Below, one piece after another: positions 30,523 to 44,142 of a DNA stretch of 55,470 nt. How positions within the stretch are numbered: position 1 is the first letter of the stretch; the number at the start of each line of letters is the position of its first letter. A program made the position numbers and the translations under genes. The notes under the pieces are model-generated. The model was not told the origin of the DNA and ran no database searches. It was given only the letters and a program-made list of their open reading frames with translations. Source of the DNA: Bigelowiella natans CCMP2755 (Eukaryota; Protista; Cercozoa); assembly GCA_000320545.1 (NCBI GenBank), contig ADNK01000839.1:1-55470 (forward strand). The letters run 5' to 3'.

Positions 30523-32164
30523 ATTGCTTCAATTATTTTTCGTGGATAGATGAGTGGAAGGATGCTGCTCTCGCTCCTACTCCTACTGCCGTTGTGGCTG
30601 CTGCTTATGTAACACCTTCGCACGCTCTCTTCTCACCCTACCTGCTTCTCCTATCCCCCCCCTCCTCTCCCCTTCGATCCTCTTCTTCTGCCTCGCGACA
30701 ATGGATTAGGTTTACAAGCGTTAGCAACCCTGAGTCGAAGCTCTAGGGAGGCAGAGAAGAAAAGGGTCATATGTATCTGATGATGCAGCGAGGACCGATT
30801 GCACCGGAAAGGAAAGATCACACAGAGAAGAAGTATAAATTGCCTCACACGCACGCATTCTTTAGCCCAACATATCAAGCATGTACGTGGATCCTCCGTG
30901 ATCACCCCCGGGACTCGAAATAGCAGTAGATAGTAGCAGTAGTAGTAGTAGCAGCGGCAGCAGCAGCACCACTCGGGGGGATCGAAATTATATGCGATCA
31001 CTTGGCTGAGCGTTATAGCAGCGTAAATGCCGGCGCATTGATAGATTAAGCATTTACAAATATAAATAAAACGTCAATATTTTAAAATTCACTCCAAAAG
31101 TATAGTACCTCCCAGCAATGGCGCCATCGTAAACGGTGATGACTTGATGCCTGTGACTCAAATGTTTCGTGTATCTGCACGCTGCCGTCGCTAATAATGG
31201 TAGCAGTACGGTCGTACAAAATGACGCACATCTACACATGGTTACAAGTGGCATGACTACTAGCTAGAAAAATGAACGCATCCATGCGTAACATACATTT
31301 ATGCATGAATTCAATTTCGTCATCTGGCGCAAGTACAAGCCACACTAGCACACACGATTCTGACGCAGTGATGTAGACATTGATTGGTAATATAACATTG
31401 TACGTAGCCGATCAATTCCAACGGCATGATGCGAACAAACATCTGTTCGTCGCTATACGCACATGATGTACTGCACACGCGTGCTAGCGCAAAGCGAGGG
31501 CCGCTAAACAAGCATGATGCATCCATTGATCTAAGCTGCGATGAACTAAATAACTATTATAGCTAAGTGGCTTGCTAGCTTGCGGCTGCGCACGTACGCA
31601 GCTCGATCATGCTCACTAGATGCACGTCAATACGCGCTGTACGGCCTGCTAGCCTGTAGTTAGGTTGCTACACACGTGCGTTTGCGCCTCGATCCCATCG
31701 TTGCATAATCGTTAGATGTGTATATGCGATGATATATGCCATGCTAGTATGCTATCTAGCTATGTATGCAGAGGATTGCATCAAGCTGTTACATATATAA
31801 TGTAACATACGCCAACCTACATAGAAAATAAAAACGGCGCACGCATGCTCGATCACCGCCTGATGTATATGCGATGTGCGCAGCAGATCTAGAGATTGCT
31901 GTACAACATTTCACATTTGTCCCTCTCTTGCTCCAACATAGCACAATAGATGGTGTGCATCAATGATGTTAATAACAATAGCTAACAATAACATGCAACA
32001 ACAATAATAATATTCTAAAATGCCATGCGGAGAGTTGCATTCCGATCCACATTTGGCATGCTAGCATGCGGCCACATTTGCCCAGGTTAGTAGTATGATG
32101 TGCCTGCTTTCTACTGGCTATTAACTAAGCACGCTCGATTCCAGGGCACATAAATATGTGATCT

Positions 32165-32356
32165 GACAAGATACTGACGTTCATTTCTTCGTTCTTTGAT
32201 TGCTTCAGCATCATCATCGCAGCTCTCCCCGCCCTCATTCCGCTCTGATTTGCACAAAAACAAAATATAATTGCATGTCAGCGTCAGAGCGAATAAGACA
32301 CGTATGGGAACAAATTGCATGTAAGCATACATGGCTATCATTGAAAAAGTAAGTGA

Positions 32357-32397
<41 letters not shown>

Positions 32398-33204
32398 AGT
32401 GTGTGTGTCCCCACACGCATATCCACTGCGTCTTTGCACCATCACCAACCATTTACACAGAGCTCTCCTTCCCTTACTTCCTAGGTTTTCTTACCATGCA
32501 ATAGAGCACCACCTCGTCGCCCTCTCGCGGTCTGGCGAACCCATATTTCGACACGAACTCCTACCATACGTAAAGTAGTTGTAGTAGGAGTAGGAGTAGG
32601 AGTAGGAGTAGAATCAAGTGACGACGGAGCTATAAGGAGAAAGCAGAAGGAGGAGGCCGATGTTTTCAAGCTGACGAGCTCTACATCGGCCATTTTCTCA
32701 ACCGAAAACAGTGGCTTTGGTGCGTGATCTTAGTCGTATTTAAGCTGCTGCTTCGGACATGAACGAGGCCAGCACCAACACCCCCATCGCAACCGTAGAC
32801 CATAACCATCATGTCATCTGCCTGCACGATCTACCTGTTCCTCAAGCTTCAACCCCTCCTCAAACTCAGAAAGAGGCCAATTGAGCGCACCTTTGAACAT
32901 TGCTCCCGCTTCCTGCATTAGGCGATGTACGATACGCATTTGCGGCATGTAGGCGTGTGCCGTTGTTGTTGTTGTTGTGAAAAGAATATTCGGTTCGGTT
33001 AGGAGCAGACGAGGTGTCGTCATTTCTCATTCCCGGTTTTGTTTGTGTGTACCCCGGTTTCGTCTCTCTCGCGGACGTCCACAAGCAACCTTCGGGGTGA
33101 CGACACAACAGCTGTTCGCGTACACACCACACATGAACTTAATGATATTGCTACTATTGCAGACGTTGGGGAGTACGATGAAGATGGTCAAAATCAGGAA
33201 CACA

Positions 33205-33250
<46 letters not shown>

Positions 33251-33605
33251 ATCTCTCCCTCCCCAACACACACACAAATACACACGCACACGCCCGCGCA
33301 CGTGTACAACGCACAGCGCAGTTTTCAGGAGGTAAGGTTGATACCCCTGGTGGCAGATGGAGTTAGTTCGGAGATATAAGCCTTCAATTCAGTTGCATTC
33401 TTGCTGGGAATATTATCAAAGATCCCTCGGCGCCTGAGTAGCAAGCATTGCATTCTCAAATGGTTAGGTATGATGATGATGATGATGATATTTTTGATGA
33501 GACTGGTATGAGCCTTAGATTCTCAGGCAGCACGAGAGTTATTCTTACTTTGGAGTGACACGAAATGCTTCCACCGGACCATAGTCTCTGAAGACACGTA
33601 GTTCA

Positions 33606-33648
<43 letters not shown>

Positions 33649-33978
33649 GTGCATATATTGTGCGAATAGTTTCTAGAAGACATCTTTTTTAATTATATCT
33701 CATGAAGAATACGCCTGAACTCATTCACCCAGTTCACTCACACCGCATACTTCATATATTAGATATCCCTCGCACCATCACTTCCTCTTCTCCTGTGTGC
33801 ATATTTTATGTGTATACGTTCGTTTGAATCCAGTGTTAGACATCTTCTCCCTTTCCGCCTTCCTTGTCTTAGCCCTTTCGGCGACAAGTTTCTCCCAGGC
33901 GTCGTCATCCATCTATGGCCGGCATACTCGTTACGATACAATACATCGAAGCGCAAACACACATACATACGCACGCAC

Positions 33979-34046
<68 letters not shown>

Positions 34047-34060
34047 ACACGCACACATGA

Positions 34061-34104
<44 letters not shown>

Positions 34105-34587
34105 AGGAGAACATGAGAGGAAAAAGCAATTCTACCGATTCCTCAAGAATCTCAGGCATAGATTCCTCTTCTTCCTGTTCTACTGCAGATTCTCCCAGTC
34201 TTAAAGACGGCCTCTGGGTTGATGGCTTCGATGGGTTTGACCCAGCACCTCCTCCTGGAGATGGAATTCCGAGCTCGCGGTACATCTGCTGCTTCAGGAG
34301 CTCCGCCTCTTTCCGGTCCGCGTCGCTCTAAGAATAATAGTCGCAACCAAAAGGTGATGCTCCATCATTTCCCCGTTTCAACGTTAGATGCTTACAAAGA
34401 GCGGGCTTTTGCCCCAGCAGCGGCGCAAGAGTCGGCCGTTCTTAAAGGTTGACGACGTCGTCGCACGCCAGCAGCCGCCAACCCCTCTACACTTTCTGAC
34501 CCTTTGTATCGGAGCTTTATTTCTCAGCCCAGTTACCAAAATCCCGGTAATTAGAGTAAGAAAGGGTAGGCGAAAGTGCATTGCCAT
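32165..34587 (-). CDS. Single-domain rhodanese (thiosulfate sulfurtransferase-like) with plastid-type leader; 3' end unresolved
   Basis: Exons LLVDVRERDETG|EAGAMFKGALNWPLSEFEEGLKLEEQ|EFVSKYGFARPREGDEVVLYCM|SGMRAGRAA give the DVRE..E motif and CxxGxR active loop. The N-terminus MAMHFRLPFLTLITGILVTGL is followed by an Arg/Lys-rich segment. Confidence 0.8.
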
Positions 34588-35342
34588 CGCTGGAGCAGCC
34601 TGCCTTCCTCTGTGGATGGGGAAGGGGGGCGCAGGGCTTCCGTGGCTCCTCTCAGATGAGAGTCAACAGTTTCAGCCGGAAATATCTTAAAATTTGTAGT
34701 ATAAATGATCGTTAACTTTCGATCCTTTTTTGATGGAAAAACAACCTAGGGTTGCTGTCCTTGAGAACTTCCGAGCCTCTTGTCGCAGAGGAATACTACC
34801 TGAGCAGGAATTCCTTTTTTTTTTTCAGGGGAAGGCCCTTTTCCAACTGAGTCAAGCATGTAAAAGATATCTCTATTTCGCGAGAGACGACAAGGCATTT
34901 GGACATGCGATCCTCGAATTTCACCGGATTTAGGAGAAAATCACACAATTTTGTGTGGGGAGTTGGAGCTTAAAACTTGCACGAGCTTGGCGTTGGACAC
35001 AGCAAGGAGGAGCTCAGATCGAAGAATAGGACTTGATATTCGCAGATATTTGATATGCGACAAGGGAGGAAGCCTAATCTATTGACTGAATACGCGTCAT
35101 TTCCATTCCCGAGAGTTACGGATAATAAGACTGCAGACTAGGGCCCAAATGTGTCGAAATTCGGGTATAAAACTGTGTAATTGAGGATAAATTATCTCTG
35201 CGACTTAAAGATTCGCATTATCTCCATCGTAAATTGAACAGTTTCTCGTAGTTAAATTGCTTTCGAATGGCTGCCGACTGGCCCTCTTTTCCTCAAACAA
35301 AGGGGCGGAGGTAAGCACGCGGAAGACGGGGCGTCCCCAATC

Positions 35343-35746
35343 ATGTACAACTCGTTCGATTCGAGCGATTTCATGCTGGAGGAGTTGGAACTGGGAAACA
35401 CCGGTGGCAGGCCCGCATGCTCTACGAAATATATGCTTTGCAGGTTGTCTCGAATGAAGCCGTTGCTGATCTTCCATTTCCGCAAACTTAGATTATCGAA
35501 TTGAAAGTACTACAATCATTTAAACATACTCTTCATCTCTTAAATTTAGCGTGTCGGTATCACTGATGGTGATGGGTGGGCTTTTTTGCCTGGTGGCAAC
35601 GATGGCTGGCATGGAGACCTCGGAATATGAGACACCATTGCTTTGGGGATGCTTCCTCGGTCCGCTTTAACTCTAATACACTTTGAGTAGGACTAAACAC
35701 GCACACATTTTCAAGATGAATTATCAACATCCAGATTTCAGTATGA

Positions 35747-35791
<45 letters not shown>

Positions 35792-37748
35792 CATACACAC
35801 ATCAATTGTAAACGAGCCACCTATCAGTTGGAGTCGGGTTGATGTAAAACAACACTTATACTCAGGCATAATGGGGTTCTCTTCTGCGGCCATGGCCATG
35901 CTGGTTCTCTACTGGAGGTACAAACACGTGCAGCTGCTCGAAGAGGAGATCATGAGGTGACAGCTGCTAAAACCACTCTTTCATTTTTACACCATCCAGA
36001 ATAATCCTCACACCATGCCTTTCCCTCATTTTCTCATTTACGTGACAAAATATTACGGACACAAACGCAATTGTTGTCGACCATGTCGCACGACAAAAAT
36101 CATCACTGTTCTCTCGATCTGATTCCGGATCCCCATTTCCACACTTCTAGAATTATAGATCATGTGTCTCTCTGTCCGTGTCTGTCTCTGTGTGTGTGTG
36201 TGTGTTTGTGTTTGTGATTGTGTGTGTGATATATTGTCTGTGTGACATCTCTCAAACGTTGCTCTTAGGCTCCAGAGCGAGCCGTCCACCAACACGCCGA
36301 AAAACAAGCTGCTTGAGACCGACACGTGCATGGAACGAATCGCGAACAGCGCGGCACAGACGCTGCAGATAGTGTCTGATATCGAGGCTGATGTGCTCTT
36401 CAATGATTGTTACAATGACGTGTCCCTCCACATTTCCGTAGCACACATCAAAAAGGCTGCGGCTACGCAGGAGGCTTCCATGGTTAGAAGTAGCTAGCAA
36501 CACTGTACCTGTGTATGTTGTCGTCATATGGAACAGTTGAATCTGAAATGCTTACTGCTGATCATTTCATTGCAAGTTTTATGATCCCCACGCGTACTCC
36601 TCTCTTCTCCTCCTTCTCCTCCTCCTCCTCCCTAACCGTGTTGCATCTTGCTTGTGCTCCCGCTCTGTATGTGTATGTGTATGTGTATTTGTGTGTGCCT
36701 TTGTCTCACTTTTATCCGTTTCACAAGATGTACCAATTGGCCATGGATCTGAAGAACTATAGGCCACAAGACGACCCACGAATCGATAAGGTAGTTCCGG
36801 GTGAAAACAGAAGAAAGAGACGTGGGAGGGGGGGAGGCGGGGGGGAGGGAGAATAGGGTGAGGAAGAGAATGAGAGGAGAGACAGAAATCAGGGGAGCTG
36901 CGAAAAAAAATATGCATAATTTCTGCCACCCGCCTCGCTCTAATAAAGAAGGGGGGGGATAGCCTAATAATCGCGAAACCCATAAACCCTTCCTGTACGC
37001 CGTCCTGCTCCGATGTGCGTACAGACGCCCTGGCCGGCCCCCTGGCCCCCTCTCCCTGAATTTCTACTTGAAAAACTTGGTCATATATCCCCTCATCAGG
37101 ATCAGTGGAACGCTCTTGTGAATCGCATTCCTTCCGGGCATGTAGCCGCCGAGCTGTCCTTCGAGCGGGTGGCGAAGGACCATGAGCTGGTGCGATGGTC
37201 GCGCGCCAAGGAGATCCTGAGTACCTTCATACGGGAGCGGCTCAAGGAGGTAGGCCGGCTGCTGCACCAGCTGGACAAAGTCACAGCAGGGGCCCCGGGC
37301 TATGACGACGACGACGACGACGACGACGGTAACGACGATGATGACGACACCACCGTCGCCAATAACAGGTGTGAACCACATCCTGGTCATCCTCATCATC
37401 ACCATAATCACCGCCCACATAGCATAGCAACTTCATTCATCTTCGTTATCTTCGCGTCGTTGTCATTCGGTTATGATAGCCTGCTGCTATCACCTATTTT
37501 CGCGGTAATAATCCCACCCCCCTCTCCTCCTCTCCCCGCTTAGTAAAATGGGCGACGGGAAGCGCAAGATTGAGTACCATCTGAAGAAGCAGACGGAGGC
37601 CCTGCGGAGCCTGAAAGCACACTACGAGAACGACTTGGGTTCACTGAAACTAGCAAACCAGAAAGATCACAAGCAGATAGAGGATCTCACACAGCAGCTT
37701 CACGAGCTCAGAAAAGGCATCGACGACGAAGCGCAGGAAGATGTTTGA
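35343..37748 (+). CDS. Hypothetical protein with 2 N-terminal TM helices and C-terminal coiled coil
   Basis: In-phase exons MYNSFDSSDF..|VSVSLMVMGGLFCLVATMAG..LLWGCFL|GIMGFSSAAMAMLVLYWRYK..|...LKAHYENDLGSLKLANQKDHKQIEDLTQQLHELRKG... Confidence 0.65.
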
Positions 37749-38675
37749 GAGAGAAGATAACACACACACACACACACAGACACACACACACACATTACAG
37801 AGGTGCACCTGCAAACGTACGTTGCGCCAAACGTGATTTTGCACAAGTCTTCGTAATATTTCGTCCCCAGCACCCGTGTAGATATACCAAGAAGTATGTG
37901 TACCAATCGTGCAGGATGGGCGACATCAGTCAGTTTACTGCGTTATAACGTTTATACAATGATTTTAGTCTCTGAACATACGGTTTACGAACAAATTTAT
38001 CTGATAAACCCCCAACATTGCCTGAATAGTTGATGCATCGATCAATTTGGTTGCAAAGATCAATTGTACATCATCATTATCACGCGTTGCGAGTGGGTAT
38101 AAAGCTGGTAAAGCATGCAGGTTGCTGTGCTATAAACTCAAAATACACGAGGTGTGTAAATCCCTACATTGACCAATCTAGCAATGGCATCGCATCGCGA
38201 CAGCTGTGACATGCAGCTAGCAGCAGCTCAATGCTAGCTAGCGACAGGCTACGCATGTCAAGATGTGCCATGCTAGCTAGCATGTGGGCATGTCCAGGTG
38301 TACGTTGCTGCATCGTGCTAGATGTTCGTCCTCATATTGTGCTTTGCCTAGCTAGCGCATGTACGTCTTGTCTCAATGAAATGATATAAGAAATGCAGGC
38401 GCTACATCCGCAGATTCGTACGCACTACACACATCTAGACACACACACACACACACACACACATGCTAGCATGTGCATTAACATGTACATACATGTGTGT
38501 GTACACACACATTCATATCATGCCAAAATAATGCATGCTGCGTTGGTTGCGTTGCCCATTTCAATATGTACCCGGCGGAGCGCTCGCAACCACGACATTT
38601 ACTTGTTGAATGAAAAGTATTATATTTTCTTCATTAGTACTACATTACAAAACAATGCTTCGTGGCATGCGCGTT

Positions 38676-38864
38676 CTACATTGGAAGCAACGACGAGCCA
38701 CTGGAGGAGCCACTACCGCCGCGGTTAAAGCAAAAGCAGCAGATGCCCTTGCAAATCTTCATCGTCATCTGATGACAGACACCATCATCCGAGTGCCAAC
38801 AAGCGCACAAAACAACAATAGACGAAGAATGAAGCAAACAGAGAGGATACCTATATACACGTTT

Positions 38865-38898
<34 letters not shown>

Positions 38899-39776
38899 GA
38901 GAGAGAGAGAAAGAGATTTGAATCTACCGACGCCCAAGTCTTGATGATGTACGTTACCCATGTATTTCCCCATGGCAAGTAAGTCCCAACGTAGTATAAC
39001 AAGCTATGCACGGTTACGAAGATCCGCACCAAACACAAGGAATTCACAAGAAAAACAGCAACACAGAGAGATGCACTTCAGGACAAACACCGAGGCCGAG
39101 AAATCGTCACACAGAATAACCGATCGCTCGAGATATGTAGCAGCAGTAGCAGTAGTAGTACCAAACGACTTGCACGCTGAGCGCCGTCGCCACATAGACG
39201 AAGAACCGCATGCGCCATACCACGTACAAGAGCCCCAGCGTCGATGTCAACTAAGGAGAAGTGGGTAGGCATTAATACTTGTGCCGACTAGTCGCGGTGC
39301 ACTCTGCCTAGCATACAAGCGTTAGCAGCATCTACCCATCCCACAGCAGCGAATGCCCTGTGCGATTGCATCATGTTCTCAATCTGCTTCTTTGGTCCGA
39401 CCATGAAGCAGGAGCTGGGGGAGGGGAGGGAGATGGCAGGAGGGGGGGGAGGAGAGGAGGGGGTGTAAGCGTCCGTACATACAAGTACTTAGAGTGCCAA
39501 CTATCCCACTGTTCGTGTCTGTGCATATAATGCGCTCCCCTGCACTCCTCCTCCTGCTACGTTGTCAAAGGTTGTTGGCTCTGTAACGGTACTATCTTAC
39601 TGAGGTTGATTGTTCACGATGACAAATAACCACCAAGACCTTGTCAGAAGAAGCAGATTCGACACGGCATAGGTGAAGGCGAACTTTTGCGGCATCCCGA
39701 TCAAGACCTTATGATGACGTTTCGTGTCACATCAGATACTCAAAAACATGTCATCTGTACATGATGCACGCATTGA

Positions 39777-39832
<56 letters not shown>

Positions 39833-40429
39833 CGTATCGACCCCATTCACCACCTCAATATTATATATAAATAAAAAAATATATAGAGTTTTCATTTTTG
39901 GCAATTACCATCGGGAGGTACATTGAAGCAAGACCCATCATAACAAGGCCGGCGATCAACTGCAGATTACGAACCATTTACTATTTCCTCTCGATTATTA
40001 TTTTCTAAAACAGAACGGAGACATCTCTTTGTAAGGTCATTGATGTTGCATGCATGCGGGCGATCGATTGCTATCACGCCAATTATGCTGTGCGAAGTGT
40101 GTTCTTTGTGTAGGTGCGAGTCTCGTGCGAGGCATTCGTTCACCGTCATAATGAATCCTGCCATGCGCTGCATGTACGACATCTCGAAGAAAGCGTCCAC
40201 TTGATTCACGACACTAATACAGAGGAACGCTAGATGATGCTCATGGTAATAGGGACTGTGATTTTATGTGATTATGATGATAATAACGATGGTGACGATG
40301 CTGATATGTGGCTTAAACGCACCTTTCCCACATTGTCGGGGGTTCAGGCGCGGGTTCAGGTTCCGCCTGCCCCCCCGAGAAAACCTTCATCGATATCGAT
40401 GATAGCTTCTTTCCTGCTGAAGCGAACAT
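38676..40429 (-). CDS. SFT2: Got1/SFT2-family vesicle transport protein
   Basis: FEMSYMQRMAGFIMT|LIAGLVMMGLASMYLPM|VLIGMPQKFAFTYAVSNLLLLTS|SCFMVGPKKQIENMMQSHRAFA..|LLYYVGTYLPWG..LLPM* has the SFT2 hallmarks (LSxxQR, PxKFA, FLxGPxxQ, YxPxG). Confidence 0.88.
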
Positions 40430-41021
40430 GGGCTCGCAAGTTGCTATTTCCCCTGCAAGCAAACAATGATGTCACTCGCAAACTCAAATTCGGATGTAAA
40501 TGGTTCATTTTCCCAACAAAAATCTGCCGATCAACTAGCAATCCTACCCTCCTATATTAATCTGCGAGAATAATGAGAGATTCCGAGAGGATGAGGGTAG
40601 GGGGGCAAAGAGGAAAAAAGGGGGGGGGGAGGGTAGTCAACAAGGTTCGGATCTGGCTTGAGGCTTCCGTGAACGAGGAATATCTGATATTTTTTGTCTA
40701 TTTTGGCCTGAATCTAGACGCCGACATTTTACGATATATTCGGTACTAAAAAGTAAAGAAAAAAAGGCTTTGCCCACGCTCCTCTCCGAGTCGGGCGAGT
40801 AGCAATTACGTAGAACAAGAATTTAAAAGAAAAGGCACTCCTTTGGTTGTCGCAGGGTAGATATGGAGGACGTTCTTTCAAAAAAATCCAATTTTCGATT
40901 TTTTTTTTCTCATTTCCGCCCCAGCCCCGTCGGAACCCCTTTCAAGTCCCTCTGACCTGACGAGGAGCTCTACCGAAGCTACCAGCGATTACGCCACGGT
41001 CAGCCTCCGCGTAAATATACA

Positions 41022-42341
41022 ATGAGCGAGAAAGGTGAGGAGAAGGGGGCGAAGAAGAGTCTCGCATGCCAGAGGCACCTCTTTGATCTCCCGGAGAAGC
41101 CAGTCTACTTGAACGGCGCGGCGCGCTCGCCGATGATGAAGGGCGTCTACGAAGTTGGGTGTCGGGCGATCGCCCAGAAGCTGCAGCCATGGAAAATCAG
41201 CGGTGGGGCGGATACGAAGGTTAAAGCCGCTGTGGGGGAGCTGCTAGGCACCGATCCTCTGAACATCGCTCTGACCCCAAGCACCAGCTACTCGCTCTCG
41301 GCGGTCGCCGCCAACGCATTCCATATCGGTCAGGTAAAATACTCGTCTGATGCAGTCATAATCCTCGAGAATCAGATGTCCAGCAACGTGTTGCCCTGGC
41401 AGCACCTCTGCAAGGAGACAGGTGCGCGCCTGCTCGTCGCCCCCATGCCATCATCGCCTTCGCCGAGGAAGAAGAAGAAGAAGACCGCGTGGGCGGACAG
41501 TGTCCTGTCCCTCGATTGGAAGGGAGTCAAGGTCGTTGCTGTGCCCCCCGCAATGTGGACGGACGGTTCGGTGGTCGATCTCATGCGCATACGGAGAGAA
41601 TGCGATAAGCACGGGGCGTGGCTCGTCGTCGACGCGACCCAAGCCTTGGGAGTTGTCCCTCTCTCAGTGGCAAGCCTTCAGCCCGACTTTCTATGCGCGT
41701 CAGTGCACAAATGGCTGTACGGTCCCTACGGTGCATGCGTCCTCTACATCGATCCGAAGCACGCGCCCCAGTTGGTAAGCATTGACCAGCACGAGAGAAA
41801 CCGCGTCGGTGCCGAGAAGGCTGACCTACCGTTCGTCATCGATTCAAGTAAGGGAGAGTCACAATCGTACGAAAACGGCTACACGATGACCTATCAGTCC
41901 GGCGCTTCGGTCCTGCAAGCAGGCGGTCGGCCAAACCCTGTACTCCTACCGATGCTTGCGTCATCTCTACAAAAGGTGTTGGAGTGGGGTGTCGGAAGTA
42001 TATATCAGCGATGTTTAGAGCTTAGCTCAAGAATAATAAAAGAAACACCTTCTATGGGATATGCGCTTCCTCCAGCGCCTCACAGCCCTCACATAATTGG
42101 TCTTCGCATTCCTTCTGTAGCCAGCGACAATCACAACTCACACGGTGACGGCGACAGCAGGTGCACCGCCGCCGACTGTGTTAAGTATTTAGAAGAGGAA
42201 AAAGGCATCTTGGTGAGTGAGCGGCTTGGCGTAATTCGGATTTCGCCATCGATTTACAACACGAGGGAAGATGTCAACCTCCTTCTGGAAGCGTTGCGGA
42301 GCTTTGCGGAAGAAAATAAGTTGTGCAGTAAATCCACATAG
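41022..42341 (+). CDS. Class V PLP-dependent aminotransferase-fold enzyme (cysteine desulfurase/selenocysteine lyase/isopenicillin N epimerase-like), intronless
   Basis: 439-aa ORF with YLNGAARSP, SNVLPW, VVDATQALG, DFLCASVHKWLYGPYG (PLP lysine) and IRISPSIYNT. Confidence 0.92.
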   Translation: MSEKGEEKGAKKSLACQRHLFDLPEKPVYLNGAARSPMMKGVYEVGCRAIAQKLQPWKISGGADTKVKAAVGELLGTDPLNIALTPSTSYSLSAVAANAFHIGQVKYSSDAVIILENQMSSNVLPWQHLCKETGARLLVAPMPSSPSPRKKKKKTAWADSVLSLDWKGVKVVAVPPAMWTDGSVVDLMRIRRECDKHGAWLVVDATQALGVVPLSVASLQPDFLCASVHKWLYGPYGACVLYIDPKHAPQLVSIDQHERNRVGAEKADLPFVIDSSKGESQSYENGYTMTYQSGASVLQAGGRPNPVLLPMLASSLQKVLEWGVGSIYQRCLELSSRIIKETPSMGYALPPAPHSPHIIGLRIPSVASDNHNSHGDGDSRCTAADCVKYLEEEKGILVSERLGVIRISPSIYNTREDVNLLLEALRSFAEENKLCSKST

Positions 42342-42749
42342 CGTAGCTATCTCCATGACTCGTATCATGCAATATCCACTGCACATACGGTGTCTATAAT
42401 GTAGTCTGATCCAAAAGTGTGCTGTGCGTCTCGGCGCAGAATTGCAAATGAATAGAATGCATATCTAGAGTCTGTGCATATGTGTGTGTTCATGCCGTAC
42501 GTAGCAACACTAAGACATGACAATCTTACAGTTCACTGGCTACATTGGTAGATGCATCAACCATTGTCCGTCCAACACGCACACGTGAGAGCCGTGGAAT
42601 TGATGAATGGCGTATGTACGCGTAACGTAGCGCACAAGGCGCGCACTCATAAGATTGGCCTTTATGTTGTTTCCATGTCGAAATTCAAAGAGTTCACCCT
42701 GCTAGCCTAGCTATAGCTGGCTAGCTGGACCATAGATGGACTGAGAAGA

Positions 42750-43050
42750 AGATAGCATCAAAGATGGATGCCGCAAAGAAATTGCGTGTTAAGGAACTCA
42801 AATCTCGATGAGAGCAACTCAGGGCATATCGGCTGCAAGGTCGCCTAGCGAAGAGGACGAATTGAAAGTGTTAAGGGATGACAAGAAACTTGAGAGGAAA
42901 GCAGCAGCAATGTAAACAGCTCAAAAAAGGATTAGAGACGAGATGCACAACAAAGATAAAATGTTTGTGATTTGCATCGATTTCATCAAGGCTGTCCAAA
43001 AGAAATTGCCTTATACAGATCTACTCATGTACATAAAAAGATGTATGTGA
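42750..43050 (+). pseudogene. Decayed coding fragment with SAP-like motif
   Basis: MDAAKKLRVKELKSR*EQL... then, after a frameshift, SEEDELKVLRDDKKLERKAAAM*TAQKRIRDEM..., with in-frame stops. Confidence 0.3.
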
Positions 43051-43586
43051 AGGCACTGCTAGATTGGTGCACAGCCTAAGCTAAGTTGCATGTGTTTACT
43101 ACACGTTCACACGGCAACACGCACAATGTACTTCATGTCTCTTGTTGTGCGGCAATGCAAAGCTAGGAAGGTACGTATATTAGGATGAAAACTTAAAAAA
43201 AATAAAGCTTCATTATGTCTCACACATTGCAGCTACGTGGAGGCCACGCGCGTTCCATGTGTAAGCCTGTCTAGCTGTGCTCGCAGCCATGGTCTACATG
43301 TGTGTCGCACTCATAGCGCAGGTTGCTAGCAAGCACAGTCTGTACTCAATCATTGTTAGCGTACGCACACGACCATGTCGCACCGCGGCTGCCAGTCGCA
43401 GGTATATACGCATGCTAGCATGTACTGTGCGTCATGGATGGGCAATAATTTAAATTGAGTTTGCTTGGGGGCGCACTCGCGCTCATGTGTTGAGAACATG
43501 TGATACAACGCTGTCAGCATATGCTTATCGGTCAGATGTGACGTGCACGTGCGTCAGGTCATCGATTCATCAGTTGCAGCGGATCA

Positions 43587-44105
43587 CTAATGGTAGGTAA
43601 AGGTTCTCCTGCCGTGCTGGTCCTCTTCCGTTCCAAAGTACCTGTGATGTATGAATTTTGGCAGCAGGACGAAGTGAGGGTTCTATCCTGGATAGGTAGG
43701 AGCTGCTTACTGTCGCCCTCTTCGGAAACATGAACGAGGAGAACGGCCAGGAAGTAATCAAGATGTGTCCTTGTGAGCTACTAACCGCGTCCCCTCCTTC
43801 ACCATGTCGAGGGGGAAAGTTTCATGCATCATACCATCATCACCGACACCATGCGCAAATCGAATCGGCAGCAGCAGGAGCAGCAGCAGCACAACGTTGG
43901 TGTCACCACCTGTCTCCAAAGTCGCCCAGGCCCGGCAAGATATACTTCATGTCTGCCATGGTAGCAAAGAATCAATTCACTCCGCGGTCACTGCAGCATC
44001 GAAGATGATTCGCACATCGACGAGGAAGCTCTTCCTGCTAAGGCGCTCTGGCGAGGGCGACTGGCCGCAACGGCGGTCAAATCGGCTGGATTCTTCTCGC
44101 TCTCC

Positions 44106-44142
<37 letters not shown>

